A stretch of 58,809 nt of DNA, filler included, from Basidiobolus ranarum (taxonomy: Eukaryota): assembly GCA_040143965.1 (NCBI GenBank). It is 5 parts of 5 records of this genome, joined end to end, with 100 filler letters (N's around TTAATTAATTAA, not from the genome) between each part and the next. Parts side by side here need not be neighbours in the genome. Positions count along the whole stretch, not along the records: positions 23,598 to 35,275 come from JASJQH010000595.1; positions 35,376 to 47,048 come from JASJQH010000596.1; 3 more parts are not named here. One strand, written 5' to 3'. The position numbers were made by a program, and so were the translations under genes. Within the stretch, counting starts at the first letter, position 1. Each line of letters begins with the position of its first letter. Below are positions 24,645 to 38,619 of the stretch, in pieces. The notes under the pieces are model-generated. The model saw only the letters and a list, made by a program, of their open reading frames with translations. It did not search any database and was not told the DNA's origin.

Positions 24645-25255
24645 CTCCCCCTAAAATAAATAGTCATATAAGCTCATTTTCAGAAAGGTCTAAATTTCTT
24701 AAATTTCCACCTAGCTAATGGTTTGGTTAATATATCAGCAATCATATTTTCTGTGGAGCAATATGTTGAGTCACAAAGCTGATACTTTATAGTCTCTCTA
24801 AAAACATGATGTCCAATATATTTATTTTTGCTTGTAGTAAGAAACATGGGATTTCCAGTTAATCTGATACAACTTTGATTTTCTTGAGATATTGTAATTA
24901 GTGAATTTTGAGAATAGCCTATATCTGTTAAGAGTTTTGTTAACAATATTGCTTCTTTTGTTACTTCACATGCAGTCATATACTCTGCTAGTGCTGTCAA
25001 AAGTGCTACAGTTGATTATTTCTTCGAATTCCATGTAATAGCTCCATAACAGCATAGAAACATATATCCTGTTATAGATCTCCTGTCTTCAATATCACTT
25101 CCCCAATTTCCATCTGAATATCCCATCAGATCAAAGTTTGATCCAGAATTTGGTATTTTAAGCACATATCCACAGTATCTTTCAAATATCTGAAAGTCTG
25201 CTTAATTGCTATGCTTTGATAAGATTCATAATTTTGAAGATTTTGATATGTAACT
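24645..25255 (-). mobile_element. Degenerate Ty1/copia RT-RNase H remnant
   Basis: AEYMTACE, QENQSCIRL, HHVFRE, YCSTENMIADILTKPL; homologous to about 12795-13405. Confidence 0.92.
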
Positions 25256-25603
25256 TGTTGAAATCTGAATTGCCTAAGCACCTATATAGTCATATGTAGC
25301 TTAGTACTTAGTTATCTTATATTTCACTAAGATATTATCCAGTATTCTCAATTGGAATTTACTTAGAATATTGACACTAACTTAGAAGTTCTCAGATATA
25401 TAGATTTTTCAAACTTGTGCTAGAAGTCCCAAACTTTGCACACATGCTTCTGGGACTTTCCTTAGCACATTCTACATGTTGGTTTGTCTATATCTTGACA
25501 AAACTATAAATGTCAACTTTCTACTCAATAAATCAACAAGTGAAAACCACCAATTTCTCTAATTCTCCAAACCACTTCCAACAGGCTCCCAAGTACTTTA
25601 ACA
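25256..25603 (+). repeat. Full-length LTR (348 bp) truncating the opposite-strand copia remnant
   Basis: TGTTGAAAT...CTTTAACA; no clear target-site duplication. Confidence 0.9.
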
Positions 25604-25614
25604 CAGCCAACATG

Positions 25615-25793
25615 TAGAGTACAAAGTTTGGAATCTCTTGGACAAGTTGGAGAAATTCATATAATCCTCAAGCTTCCATGTTGGTCTCAATATTGAGTGT
25701 AACTTCCTGATAAAGATATTAGATAATAACATAGTGAAATTTAGTGAGCTAACTATATGAATATATAGATAATTATACTATGACATTTTCAAC
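25615..25793 (-). repeat. Strongly diverged partial LTR, inverted
   Basis: CAAAGTTTGG..ACAAGTTGGAGAAAT..GATAATA..TAGTGAAAT..TTTCAACA is collinear with the LTR reverse complement. Confidence 0.65.
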
Positions 25794-26960
25794 ATATATT
25801 CATAATGTTAGGAGAAGAAATGTTTATGATCTCATCAAAGCTCCCTTAGTCACTAAGCAACATAACCTTAATTTTTGCTTCATTCTATCTAAATACATAG
25901 ATACAGTTACTTTCAATTCGACACAGATCTATACACAACGAGTACAGCACAATAGTGGCTATTGATAATACTTTAATGACCAAGTCACATTACTTATTGC
26001 ATTAGTGCCTAGTATCAGTTATCAGGATCTAAGTCGAAATCAGAAAGCTTGTTATGCCAGTAAGTTGGTGACATGCCTAGTGTGCTAATAACTTTAACCA
26101 TACACTAAACCTCTATCATTGTTTCTTAGTTCAATTTATGTTGCTCGTTGAGGTGGTTTATATCACTCTTACTGTGGGAGAAAATACCTGTTGTAGATAG
26201 GCTGGTAAACATAATGAACTTACAAGACTTTTTCTTGCCAACTCACGGAATTATGCAAGCCATTAGCAATGCACTATGAATATAGTCAAATCGGAACTCA
26301 AATCTAGCAATAATAGTCGAGAAGCTCATAACTAATGAAAATGGCAGTAAAAATTGATTCACGTGAAATTCTGACTGCTAACATCTATATTATCAATCAC
26401 TTATACTACAATGGGGAGTTTGCTTCTACTTATTATCATTCAAAATCTTCATTGGTCGATAAAATATATTCGGCAATTTAGATCACCTTTACCTTCATGA
26501 AATTGCATGCAGCCGATTGGTTCTATAAAGTTGCATCTTTGTCGGTCATGCCTAGACTAAATAGTTAATGCCAGTTGCAAGGCAGAAAGATATGTTGTTC
26601 AAATTCAGCTAATATTACTGTGGAAGATGTGGCTTCTATATCTGAAAGGCAAATAGTTTCCGGAATAGCCGGTTGAAAAGTAAAAGAATTTCTATTGGCA
26701 GAACACAGCATTACAGAATAGACCCAATTTGGAGCGATATTAATGTAGCTAAAGTCAAAAACTTTATACCTTAGATGTGCCAAGAGTGCCATGGTGTAAA
26801 TAGCAGAAATTATATGAGACCAACCTAGGCTAATCTTGACTAATTAGACAGCAATAAGAAGCATAATCATGGCCAATTGCTGCCTATTGTACATAAAAGC
26901 GAATTCAATATAAAGTATCAATCTGTCACCCTTTGAGATTTTCTACAAACAACTTTTCCG

Positions 26961-28085
26961 ATGCATTTCAAACACCTTACTCCTCTCCGGATTACCCGGA
27001 AGTTGCCACGAGTGGCCATTCTATCAGTTATAATCCTATTATTTCTCTTCACCCTTTATAGTTTAGTTTTCGGTAACATTTCTACACTTTGGCGTGATTT
27101 TGGCTATGTAGCTAGACCTTTGTGGGATACCCCGCCACCTAGCTTTCAAGTCAACTCTGTCTATCGCAGCGTGGAAGGTATGAGTGATCAGCAGTGGTGT
27201 GCCTTACACGGGTGGACTGCTAATGAGGATAACTCAGCATATAATAATACGCGGGTAGTCGATGCAGTCATCTTCAGTATTGAGCTAGATTTGCTAGAAA
27301 TTCGAATCCATGAGTTGTGGGATCAAGTGGATATGTTTATTATTGCCGAATCAGATCGCACGTTTACTGGAAAACCTAAGGAACTGACTTTTCAGAAGAA
27401 CCGAGATCGATTTAAGTTTGCTGAAAGTAAGATCCGGTATATTTTCCATGCTGGTCGTGATCTAAAGCCAAATGAATCTCCGTTTGAGCAAGAATCAGAA
27501 TTACGTCAATCAATTACGGACTACCTGGAGGAAGAAAAGGTTGCTGCTGGAGATCTAATCATCATGAGTGATGTGGACGAAATACCCAGACGAGATACAA
27601 TTCAATTACTACGAACTTGCCATGGATGGGGAGATATAATTCATCTAGAAATGCGTGAATTTGTATACTCATTCGAATATTATTCCAGCATGGACTCTTG
27701 GCGAGCAAGTGTCCAATCGTATAAGCCAGGCTCTACTCAGTATACCCATGATCGTCAAACTGATAAGATACTTGCTGATGCAGGCTGGCATTGCACCTTT
27801 TGTTTTCCGAAAATTGAGGATTTCCAGTTCAAGATGTTGGCTTATTCTCATGCTGATCGTGTTACAAATATGCATTTGATGGATAAAGAGGTGATACGTC
27901 AGAAAATATGTTCTGGAGAGAATGTCTTTAATCTTCTTCCTGAAGTCTTTACTTTCAAGGACTTGCTTCTACGATGGGGGTCCATGGATGCTACATCTTC
28001 CTTCATTGACGTACCTAGACATCTGCTACTAAATGCCAACCGCCTAAAATATCTTTTACCTGGAGGATGTGCTCGACTAGAATGA
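26961..28085 (+). CDS. GT17 beta-1,4-mannosyl-glycoprotein 4-beta-N-acetylglucosaminyltransferase-like protein
   Basis: Type II membrane anchor; ELDLLEIRIHEL; ESDRTFTGKPK; DxD motif MSDVDEIP; GWHCTFCF; YSHADR. Confidence 0.93.
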   Translation: MHFKHLTPLRITRKLPRVAILSVIILLFLFTLYSLVFGNISTLWRDFGYVARPLWDTPPPSFQVNSVYRSVEGMSDQQWCALHGWTANEDNSAYNNTRVVDAVIFSIELDLLEIRIHELWDQVDMFIIAESDRTFTGKPKELTFQKNRDRFKFAESKIRYIFHAGRDLKPNESPFEQESELRQSITDYLEEEKVAAGDLIIMSDVDEIPRRDTIQLLRTCHGWGDIIHLEMREFVYSFEYYSSMDSWRASVQSYKPGSTQYTHDRQTDKILADAGWHCTFCFPKIEDFQFKMLAYSHADRVTNMHLMDKEVIRQKICSGENVFNLLPEVFTFKDLLLRWGSMDATSSFIDVPRHLLLNANRLKYLLPGGCARLE

Positions 28086-29580
28086 GTTAGACAACTCTCT
28101 CCTGGTCAATTAAGTGTTTGCATATGTATGGCTGGAGTCTGACTCCTTGAGTGTGAATTGTAATTTCCAGATATAATCATTCCAAGTGTATGATATATAT
28201 ATAATATTGAACTGGTCCCGACTGACTGACTCTCACATGTAATGGAGTGAGCGCAGATATTTAAGTGAATTGTAGTAGACAACTATTAGAGAAGTAATAT
28301 GTTTCCTTTACATAATATAATAATAATTCATATCATTAAATCGAGTCTTGCAAAAAAGCGTTGTCTTTCCGGTCTCATTTAGAGGTTAGAGAATGTGAGT
28401 TTCATAGTGATTTGTTATCACAGACATAACAATCTCAAGCACGATGTTGTAACTATATTTTGGTTGTTGCTAAAGGAAATCTCCATTCGGATTAATTCAC
28501 TAATTTTCAGTTCTTTTACCCCTTACCCCCATTTTGCTGCTTCTCATAAAGTGACATTGAATCAACCCCTTGGTTTTCTCGCGTGACCCATAAGTAGCTA
28601 TATATCTCTATCTAAATGGAATAATTCGGCAATGATGAAATCCCTTTCTATTTGTTTGGTCGGGCCTGAAATACCGATCCAAGTATATAGTGGAGGTTAC
28701 ATTGTTTGGCTGGCAATCGATCCGATTCGGTGTTCGAGGATTTACTATATTTGGTTTGCCTCTCTTATCAAGAAAGGAAATATGATTGTCCTAATCCTGG
28801 TTTATTGCTTCTTTGCTCCCCATGCGTTATTCCCAATAACCTCTCGTAAGCGAAGTGTTTATTTAATCATTATTCCAAGTAGCCAATTTAGAGTATCATT
28901 TTAAGAAAATCGTAGGAAACTACTTGGTAATTCCAGGACAAACTTTGCAATAAAAATACGTATTATATCAGTATGGTTGACATGTAAAGAAACATATTGT
29001 GGAGCAGTCATGTGAATAGGACACAGACTTGCAATGATACGTAAAAGAGAACTTTTAAAGTGAGATGCTCAAGAACTAGGCCCTGCCCCGCATGATAAAC
29101 TGTCTGTGTCCAAATACACTTTTCCAATTTGAAACTTTCATGTTACGAAATTGGATTAATGAACACAAAGTGATGGCCATTTCTGTGACCAAGCTTGGCG
29201 TCAGCGTCGTAAACCGAAGGTCGCCAGTTCAATCTCCGCAGTATTTTATTATTTTAAGGAATGATGCAAATACGAAGAACATTCTTAGTTATTTCAGTCT
29301 ATGACCCATTCATAGTGCCTAGACATTGAATTAGTTCCTGAAAGATTTGCTAAAAGCTTTCCTTTTATTAATGTTTTAGGCGATTTAGAGTAAATCAGTA
29401 CTAATAGATTAAAGAGAAAACGATTTATCACGTTTATACCATTTGGAAAATTCAATTCAGAATTAATAAACTCATTTTTATCAAAGAGAAGGACTTGCTT
29501 TGACATGAATAATTGTAAGTATAGTTAATTTATTTTGAGGTAGTAGGCATGGTAACTGGTAAATTACAAACATTGATATA

Positions 29581-30992
29581 CACTATCGCTCAATATTGAT
29601 TCATATTTGCATGCATTTTTTCAAATGACAATATCTCGTCATTTACTTCATACTTTAATGTGATATTTGTCACCCTGCTTAAGCAGAGTCCAATTAACAG
29701 TTCATTATGTTATGAAGGTGATTCCAGCCGCTTTGATGATATTATATACACGAGCGCAACTTGTTTTTTACACTAGAATTTTGTATTTTCAGCTGTATTT
29801 CTAAGTTCTACATTATATAAAAGCCAAAACTTTAACATTATGGCTTTACTGATGGTCAATACATGTTACATATAAACCTTGCTGGTTAGCATCAAGTAAA
29901 TCTTTCACCATCATTAAATGCTCTATAACAGTTTATCAAAGTAACAAAAGCTCACCATGTTAAGATTTTCCTTATTGACAACTTTTTTAACTTTGTATAT
30001 AGAAGGAAAATGCTGCTTTTTAGCCACCAATGCAGTAAAACAGACTCTTGAAGCAATATTTTTCCTAAATATCTTCATGATTTGCTATATGTTTGTGAAA
30101 AAGAATACCTGGATCAGAAATAGAACTTGAAGGCAATCTCACAGTAACAAGTCTAGGATGATTAAGACCTAGGAATATGAGTCTGACTTGTACGGGAATA
30201 AAAAATATTATGCATAGCTTAATAATCAAATAATCAAGAGTGTGGTAATGACGATTTAAAAATTAGCTATATATTGAAGTGCACCCCTCATTAACCTGAT
30301 CTAGTACATTAAATATAGTCTACCAAGCTGTCAAAGATATATCATTGAATAGAGCTCCTTCTGGTGCATATATTTGCAGCTATAAGGAATACAGAACATG
30401 GCCCCTTCAAGTTCTTTTTCTGATCCAGTGATTGTTTTTCACCAACATTTAGGAAATAATGAAGATGCCATGAGAAAATATTGCTTCAAGATTCACTTTT
30501 GACGCGTTGATGACTGAAGAGCAGCACTTTCCCAACATAAATGAAGTCAGAATAGTTGTCATTGTGTAAAATTTCAATATATTGAACCTCTGCCATCTTG
30601 GTACACTTTTGTTTTGTACCTATTGATTGTGAAAGGTTTACTTGGTGCTGGCCAGCAAGGATTATAAGGGACATGTACTGACCATGAGTAAAGCCATAAT
30701 GTTAAAATTTCTGCTTTTATATATATAATGTAGAACTTAGAAATATAGCTGAAAATACAAAATTTTAGCGTAAAAAACATGTTGCGTTCAAAACTAATTC
30801 ACTCACTGCTCTGAATAAAAGTATATATATTATTATCAAAATGCTGGAATCACCTTCATAACATAAAGAACTGTTATTTGGACTCTGCTTAAGCAGTGTG
30901 ACAAATATCGCATTAAAGTATGAAGCAAATGACGAGATATTGTCATTTGAATTAATGCATGCAAAAAAATGAATCAATATTGAGCGATAGTG
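29581..30992. mobile_element. Non-autonomous foldback DNA element with ~550-590-bp inverted arms, CACTA..TAGTG ends, flanked by TA
   Basis: 29581-30133 is the reverse complement of 30405-30992; TA|CACTATCGCTCAATATTGATTCAT...ATGAATCAATATTGAGCGATAGTG|TA. Confidence 0.85.
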
Positions 30993-31081
30993 TATCAAGA
31001 GGAATAATCTAGAAATTAAGACTCAGCTATTCTGCATAGTATAATTCAAATCCTGAGTACATCTCGAAATATCAGCTAGTA

Positions 31082-32272
31082 TCAGAGTATAGTATCCATA
31101 TCTCCAAGTACTATAGAAAACCATTCATTTTGCAGCAAGCTCTTGTAGCCACATTTGTGCATCACCTGTACTGTAGTCTCATTCCAGATCTCAGTGTCCG
31201 CATGTATATATACTATTTCCCCCTCCTTGTATGGTAAATAATTTCGATGATATTCCAAATGCTTTAACGCTAGTTCATACAAAACTTTACGTCCTAAAGA
31301 GCGTTTACGATATTGACCAAGAGTGTGCAAACATCCCACTGCCATGTCGCCATGTGTCACTCCCCAGGACACCAGAGAGCCATCATGTTTAGAGCGTAAA
31401 CAGTGAGAAACTTTGATACAATCATCAATGTACGTGCGTGGATACTTAATCTTGTTATTCTCCAGGATCTGATAAAGACAATATTAGAAAATAATCGAAT
31501 ATAAAGAAATTGTAAAAACAATGTACATAATCAAGATCGATTTCAGAGAGGCTGTCATCAATCAACTCCTCACCAATACGTGGCAAATGAAAGTTCATTT
31601 TTTCCAAAGTGCTCTCACCTTCCAACGATAAGTCAGTTGAAGCTAAAGTCAATTTAATAGCTGGAATTCGATAACCCAATTTTCCACGGGAAGTGAAGCA
31701 TCCGCTCCATATACGATTTAAACTGGAAAGATGAACTTTAATGAAATAGATCAGTATTAGTATGTGCATACGTTGCCACCGCCCTATTTCTCCATACCTG
31801 TCTGCTGGAAATCAATACAATTATCAAGGATGGATGTTAGCACACAAATACTCTTTTCATACAAAGCCTGCATATCTTCTCTTTCAAATACTATTCTTCC
31901 CTCTGAGTCAATCTCATACTTTTCAAGAGCTAGTACACTCTCCGAGGATACAAACACCCTCAGACTTGTGCCATAACTATGCAAAAGCGCCTCAATTTGA
32001 TGCGAATCGTCCTGAACTTCGGGGTTGATAAGTGAAATGGCATTAGTGAATAGTACGGGAAACGAGTCAGTAGAAATTCTTCCGTCTTCTTCAGTGCTAT
32101 TAGGATAATGAGTAGGGGTAGCGAACGGACGTGTCAGAATCCCTAGAAGAGAGGAGCTAGCAGGTAGATTAGAAATAAGCCATCTGAAAACTCGAATTTC
32201 AGTTTCTTTATCGAAGAAAGGGTACTGAATCTGGTAAAGAAAGGGGTTAACTGCAGTGATGGTAATTGTCAT
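31082..32272 (-). CDS. FR47-like GNAT acyltransferase, 3 exons (32272-31798, 31735-31527, 31468-31082)
   Basis: GT-AG introns join three ORFs in frame. C-terminal LVSWGVTHGDMAVGCLHTLGQYRKRSLGR (motif A) and N...HKCGY (motif B). Confidence 0.8.
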
Positions 32273-33277
32273 TTAGCTAGAGGGTATCTATCCGTGTCAA
32301 ATATATATAGATGCTCAACATATGACTAGTTATTACATAGAGCTGAGTTACTCTTTGATATTGGATATTGATGGTGAGTCTTTATTTGTCATAGGTTTTC
32401 CGATCGAATGATAATCAAGTCTAGGATAAATTGCATATGAATTGTAAGTTGTTTTATAATAATGTTGGCAGTGTGATTAGGGATATGTAGTGCAACTCCA
32501 CATGATATTCTATATCATCCAAATATTAAGGAATATCATATTGTAGATTTTGATATTTTTACTACTCCCTAGATATATACCTTAGACTATATACACTTTG
32601 GATTTACTCACATTCCAGTATGAAAACATTATCTCCCTCAGTCATCTCAACCTATCACAATTATTCCATCTATTCAAAGAGTAGTCTATCTTCAGAATAT
32701 GTATACAAGAATGTTTGGCAGAGCTAAGCAATAAGATAGCCTCAAAGAAGTCAAAAGATTATTACCTCATAAAGTGCAATGTATCATAATTTAGTTTAAT
32801 CATTATCCCTGTTCCATGATGCAATCAAACTACCTTTTGGGTCTGACATAGGTACTAGGTGTGACTACTCAATTGTCAGTCATCACTTAATATTCAGTCT
32901 TTGATTAGTGTCAATTAAGCTATTGGAAAACATAAGACTATTGGCTTATTAACCGTAAGTAGTACCTTTATTGCTTAATTTGATGGAGATAAAATGTGTA
33001 TATTCACCTATTCATGAAACTCCTACTCAGGGCTATACACATTTGCTATCATTAAACAATCTCACTTATCATGGATTCATACCTTCTCATGGTGGAATAA
33101 AGGTTACAAATACCAGAATATCAAAGGTACTGAGATAGTTCATCAGCATATAAATAATTCCATTAGCAATACTATGGTAGCAGGAAAAGCTCAAGGTGCT
33201 ATTGAGAATAATTATCATAATAGTGAGACTGAGGATGTATGGTTTCTTCAATATAAACCTGGGAGAGAGGGAGTTTC

Positions 33278-33624
33278 AATTGAAATTAGCATTGCCTAAA
33301 CACCTATATAGTCATATATAGCTTGGTAGTTATTTATCTTATATTGAACTAAGATATTATCCATTATTCTCAATTGGATTTTACATGAGATATTTTTACC
33401 AACTCAGAAGTTCTCAGATACATCAATTTTCAAACTTGTGGTAGAAGCCCGAAACCTTGCACATATGTTCCTGGGACCTTCTTTAACACACTCTCTACAT
33501 TAGTTTGCTTGCATCTTGACAAAACTATAAATGCCAACTTTCTACTCAATCAATCAAAAAGTGAAATCATCATTTCTTCTAGTTCTCCAAACCACTTTTA
33601 ACAAACTCCCAAGATACTTTATCA
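33278..33624 (+). repeat. Solo LTR of the copia family
   Basis: TTGAAATTAGCATTGCCTAAACACC...ATACTTTATCA. Confidence 0.88.
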
Positions 33625-35212
33625 TTATCATCTATTATTAGCATATCTTCTTTATTATGTCCTCTTACATGTCTAGGCTTAGATAAAATAAGTGTTTTTA
33701 ATTAGGTCATAAATAGAGTATAACAGGTGTCTACTTTAGAATATTGCATTAAATACTAAGTAGTATGACACATATTATATTGCGTAGTATACTGTCTATG
33801 AATATAGATTAAAGATCTATGCTGATATTGCTGCTATTACATATTAACTGCTATCACCAGAAGTGCTCAACAATTATTATCAAGTTAGGTAGTATATGTA
33901 TGTAGAGAAAATTGTTAAATCATGAATCTTAGAGAGCCTCGCTAACTCAAGCATTATGGGGTTTGAAAGATGAGTTCGCGATAGGACTTGGTTTGGTTAA
34001 CAAGCATGTTTTCAATTTGTATTCTTCAAAATGTCTTTCGACTCAGTTGAAAATAGAAATATTGAGCATCTGAGCAACTGGGTTGTTCAGACTTTGGATA
34101 TATAAATACCACCACAAAAAAAGTAAGACTAAGTTGGTTCTAAACACCATGAATTTCACCCGGCTATGAAGAAACTCACACATACTAACGCTAATTAAAG
34201 GTCACGATGCAGTTAATCATTGCATCAGCAAAGCAATGAAAAACAAAAACTCAATAATCCAGAGTTTCGATAAGTATGAACTTTTATTTACCCACATACA
34301 TCTTCAAATCAACCCAAAAACCAGCAATTGATCGCAAACACTTACAACATAGACCACTTTAAACCAGGGATGCTCCACCTGTTACATTGGTATGCCTCAT
34401 TAACTCTTATAAAAATTCAATATAAAAAAGTGTGTATAACCTTCACCATTGATGTTACGTGGAAAAACACTATGCCAACACATATATTGAATTGTCAACA
34501 TATTGGTCATCTGACTCATGCTCCCAACTAGTTTTTGTAATTACAGTTATTTGAGGTCTCCACTGTTGCCGGCCTTCTTGTAAATTGTGACGAAAACTTT
34601 TACTATTGTATCGAGCAATCTTGACCATTGATCCAACTATAGCGAATAATTTATATCAGTGGCTGTAGAGTACTCTCTAACGATATTGAATACTTGGAGT
34701 GTTAAATTTGGAATAATTGCGATGTGCTTCTTGTATCCACCAAGTTATTGCAGTTTATGGCATTCATGAAGCCGAAAATGAAGTAAGATCTTCATAGTAT
34801 TATTATTGCGTAAGTACTATTAAAAACCATTGGAATGATTTAACAAATCTCTGATTTATAATGTGCTCACTGGCAGTAAAATCATCCTTATTTGGATTAG
34901 TGGATGTGAAATGAAGTCTGCGGAGTTACATGAAATGGGAATTACACTCATCCTCACTAAAAGCACTTTAGAATCATTTGAATGTGTTACCAAGTACAAC
35001 CTTCACTTCGAACTTTTGTGGAAATTATTCCGGATTGATGACAAGAAGAACAGGTACATTCGCTATTAATTTGCCCTCATTGACTTATTACCAGAGAGTT
35101 CCCTGAGGTAAAGTGTTCGGTGGCATCGTGACACATGAGATGAAAATGGTTATAAAAATGGAGTTAGGTCTCTTTAAATACACAGGAAGTCCGTGAGTAC
35201 AACACTAGTAAC

Positions 35213-35275
35213 ATGAAGATCACTCTCCTGGTTCTCTCAGCCATTTCAGTAGCTATTTCCATGGCTCCGTCGGCC
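35213..35275 (+). CDS. Probable N-terminus of a secreted protein, truncated by the contig end
   Basis: MKITLLVLSAISVAISMAPSA resembles a signal peptide; TTTAAATA lies about 40 bp upstream. Confidence 0.5.
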
Positions 35276-35375
35276 NNNNNNNNNNNNNNNNNNNNNNNNN
35301 NNNNNNNNNNNNNNNNNNNTTAATTAATTAANNNNNNNNNNNNNNNNNNNNNNNNNNNNNNNNNNNNNNNNNNNN
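35276..35375. other. Artificial contig linker
   Basis: N/TTAATTAATTAA spacer. Confidence 0.98.
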
Positions 35376-36303
35376 TTATTTACTTGTAAGGAAAATAATT
35401 GCACAAGTTCTATATTACTTTATTTACGGCCAGTATATTTACCCGAAAATGAATCTCGGGTGAGTTCTGATGAAGACTACTCTCCACTCTAACAGCTACC
35501 TATTCACCTCCCCTCCCCCTCTCCTTCATCCCAACTTATCTTCTTCATAGACTCGTTAGATATAATGAAAAACCTGTTAATGATCGCCTATTTGTGTGCC
35601 ATGAGTTATTTATAACTTTAGTTCGCCAGTCATCGATTGACTTGAACTTGGCATAGATTTTCAGCTACTGACAATTCTCTTATACCATCTGTGCCTATGG
35701 TGTTGGCATTAAACGTCATCCAGTACGGCCCAAATTCAAATCTAACTCTTCGCTACGTTGACAATAATTCATCGCACAAATGGATCTCCAGAAGCGAAAT
35801 TCACCCTGACAGTATTTCAGGAGACAAAGAAGCTTAAACTCCTTTGAGATTTACATCTTCTGAGCGGGGGAGAGGATTTTCTTGGGCAAATCTCATGACA
35901 TCATTGGGGATTCATTAATTTGGAAGCTATTGAAAGCTATCGTTCATCTCCCTAGCAAATATGGGAAATAGCACCAAGAAGATTACTTACCAAATGGATG
36001 TTGAGCATGTGTAACAGTAACTACGATGTTCAGTGTAAATTACAATTTCACAAAGTTCTGTTTAGAGGAAGGAGAAAATCATGGTTCCCATACCGCTGTG
36101 TTACGTATAACCAACGTTGAGATGTTATCGAAATTTCAGGCAATTCTCCCCTCCGTAAATGATCCTTGAGACTTATAAAAGCGCCAGCCTTCTCCACTCT
36201 AAACTTCATCCATTATTCATTCCTCTTCGAGTCTTTGTAAGATCTTCGAATCCCTCTTGACACATTCAAGTACAACTCCAATTTCAATCCTCACCACTTA
36301 AAG

Positions 36304-37464
36304 ATGAAGTATCAAATTACTGCTTTGTTGGCTTTCGCCTTTGCCACTCAAGTTGTTGCCCAAGAACCCTTGGCTACTATCAACCCGGCCTGGACTAAGC
36401 AATATGATCTCAGTAAGGTTCCCAAAGGTTCTCTTAAGCAGCCTGGAGCTGGTACCTGCGAGAAAACCGATTGTGGACCTGGTGAGTGTGAGAAATGCTG
36501 GGAAAGTTGTGGCAATTGCCCAAAGCCTGAGGATGTTTATGGGTGTAAAGCTGGTCAATGGGCTTTGACTTTCGATGATGGCCCATCTGAACATACTACC
36601 GAACTCTTGGATATCCTTAAGGCTGCTAATGTCAAGGCTACCTTTTTGATGACTGGATTAAACGTAGTCAAGTTCCCAGAAGTCGTGAAGCGTGCTTACA
36701 ATGAAGGACATCAGATTTCTCAACATACTTGGTCTCATCCCCATTTGATGTCACTCTCTAATGCACAAATCATTGCCGAGGTACGTGCTACTGAAGATGC
36801 TATCTTCAATGTAACTGGTGTCAAGCCTGCCTTTATTCGCCCACCTTACGGTGAGGCTGATGACCGTGTCAAGGGAGTTCTTACCGCCATGGGTTATCAT
36901 AATCTTCTCTGGAATATGGATACCCTTGATTGGGATATTGTAGCCAAGAAAGAAGATCCTAGTCTAATTCTCAAATCTTTCCAAAATGCTCTCGCCAAAG
37001 GTACTGATTTGAATGCTCATGATGATAAGGGGTACATTTCCCTTCAACATGATCTCTATGTTGAAACTGTCAAGAAGGTTCCAGAAATTGAGAAACTTTT
37101 GGCTCAACATGATTTCCACTTCGTATTAACTCATGAATGTATTGACGCATTCCCCTACAAAGATAACGCTACTATTCCATCTGCCAACTCTACTGCTTCC
37201 TCTGCTTTGGCTAGTGCTACTGCCACTGCTACTGCTTCTATCAGCTCAGCTATCTCTTCAGCTATCTCCTCAACTGGGGCTACCAGCACTAAGGCTGCTT
37301 CATCGGTGAAGGTATCTGTTACCCCTGCTAGTTCGGCTGCTGCCACTTCATCTGATAGTGATTTGAAAGCAGGTACTAGCAACCTCAAATCTGGTAGTAA
37401 CATTATCCAGATGAGCGAGTTAGTCCTTGGATTCAGCATGGTTATTGGAAGTTTGTTTATGTAA
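36304..37464 (+). CDS. CE4 chitin/polysaccharide deacetylase, secreted and probably GPI-anchored
   Basis: Signal peptide; Cys-rich N-region; TFDDGP, HTWSHP, RPPYG, DTLDW, LQHD; Ser/Ala/Thr stalk; hydrophobic C-terminal tail. TATAAAA at about 36174. Confidence 0.95.
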   Translation: MKYQITALLAFAFATQVVAQEPLATINPAWTKQYDLSKVPKGSLKQPGAGTCEKTDCGPGECEKCWESCGNCPKPEDVYGCKAGQWALTFDDGPSEHTTELLDILKAANVKATFLMTGLNVVKFPEVVKRAYNEGHQISQHTWSHPHLMSLSNAQIIAEVRATEDAIFNVTGVKPAFIRPPYGEADDRVKGVLTAMGYHNLLWNMDTLDWDIVAKKEDPSLILKSFQNALAKGTDLNAHDDKGYISLQHDLYVETVKKVPEIEKLLAQHDFHFVLTHECIDAFPYKDNATIPSANSTASSALASATATATASISSAISSAISSTGATSTKAASSVKVSVTPASSAAATSSDSDLKAGTSNLKSGSNIIQMSELVLGFSMVIGSLFM

Positions 37465-38619
37465 GGATCCATCATTAATATTATCTTCATCATTAATAAG
37501 TAATAGGAATTTTCGGGATGATATATGTTAAGCTATATACAAGTTATTTCCATCATTGGATAAATATATTTATTCCTCCAATAAATATCATCATTTAGCA
37601 AGAATATTTTTATGGATATTAATTTCATACTAATGATATCGTATTACGAGTATGGACTGGGTTAGCGTTTCTTTGTAAGTTCTACTGGCTGCAAGTCAAC
37701 TTTATGAGGATTTATTGCATTTCTCGGGCCAGTCGTGTGAACTTATGGGTATCCAGAGAGGAAGTGGGAGAAGGACCTGATGAACAAGTCAATAATACAT
37801 ATTTCCAGTACAAAGTGTGACAAGTTCCCATGATGCACTGAATTGTACAATTTAGTGAGATATATAGACACTGGTGAATAGTGAAATTGAGCATGTCAGG
37901 ATTGGATCAATGATCTAAACGCTATCTCAGCCATACTTTTACAAATTCGTCATACCTTGTCTATTATCTATATACACTGTGACATCCAACTCACCGGGAC
38001 TGAAAGATAAACTTGGTCATGCAGGAGTTAAGAGATGTGATTGAATTGAACTGGATTGGATTGGTCGTTGGTTTATTTAAACCTAGTATCCATTGGTCCA
38101 TCAAAACTGTACACTTTTTAGTAGGACAGAGAATTCATGGGAATCACTTAAATAGTGATGATTTAGTAAACATGACATTCTTTCAGATCACCATAAAATC
38201 CAAAGAATGAATTTAGGGGGAAATGAATCCATCCTTTTCTCCGATATCCTACAGACAAATCTAACTGCACAGTCGAATTCTTTAGTTGATTTTAGGGGAG
38301 AGTTGATTCATATTAAACATGTTCAAATATCAAAATTCACATTTAATTTTTTCTTTGTTCGACCAATTATATCCCTGAAGTGAGTCGAATTTCGTTAAAT
38401 AGTTAAGTCATTTGGTGATGGGAATTATCCTAGCCAATAAGGGATGAGAGGTCCGTGAAGGTGAAGTCAACCCATACATCATACCAAAAGTTGCCATAAT
38501 ATCCCATAAGAACCTTAGAATTTACAACCAGCTGGGGGGGGGGGGGGGGTAAGTCACATGATCACTCAGTTATGTTCCATTTTCAGGGTTTCAATGGGGT
38601 GCCCGGATAAAGCATTTGT

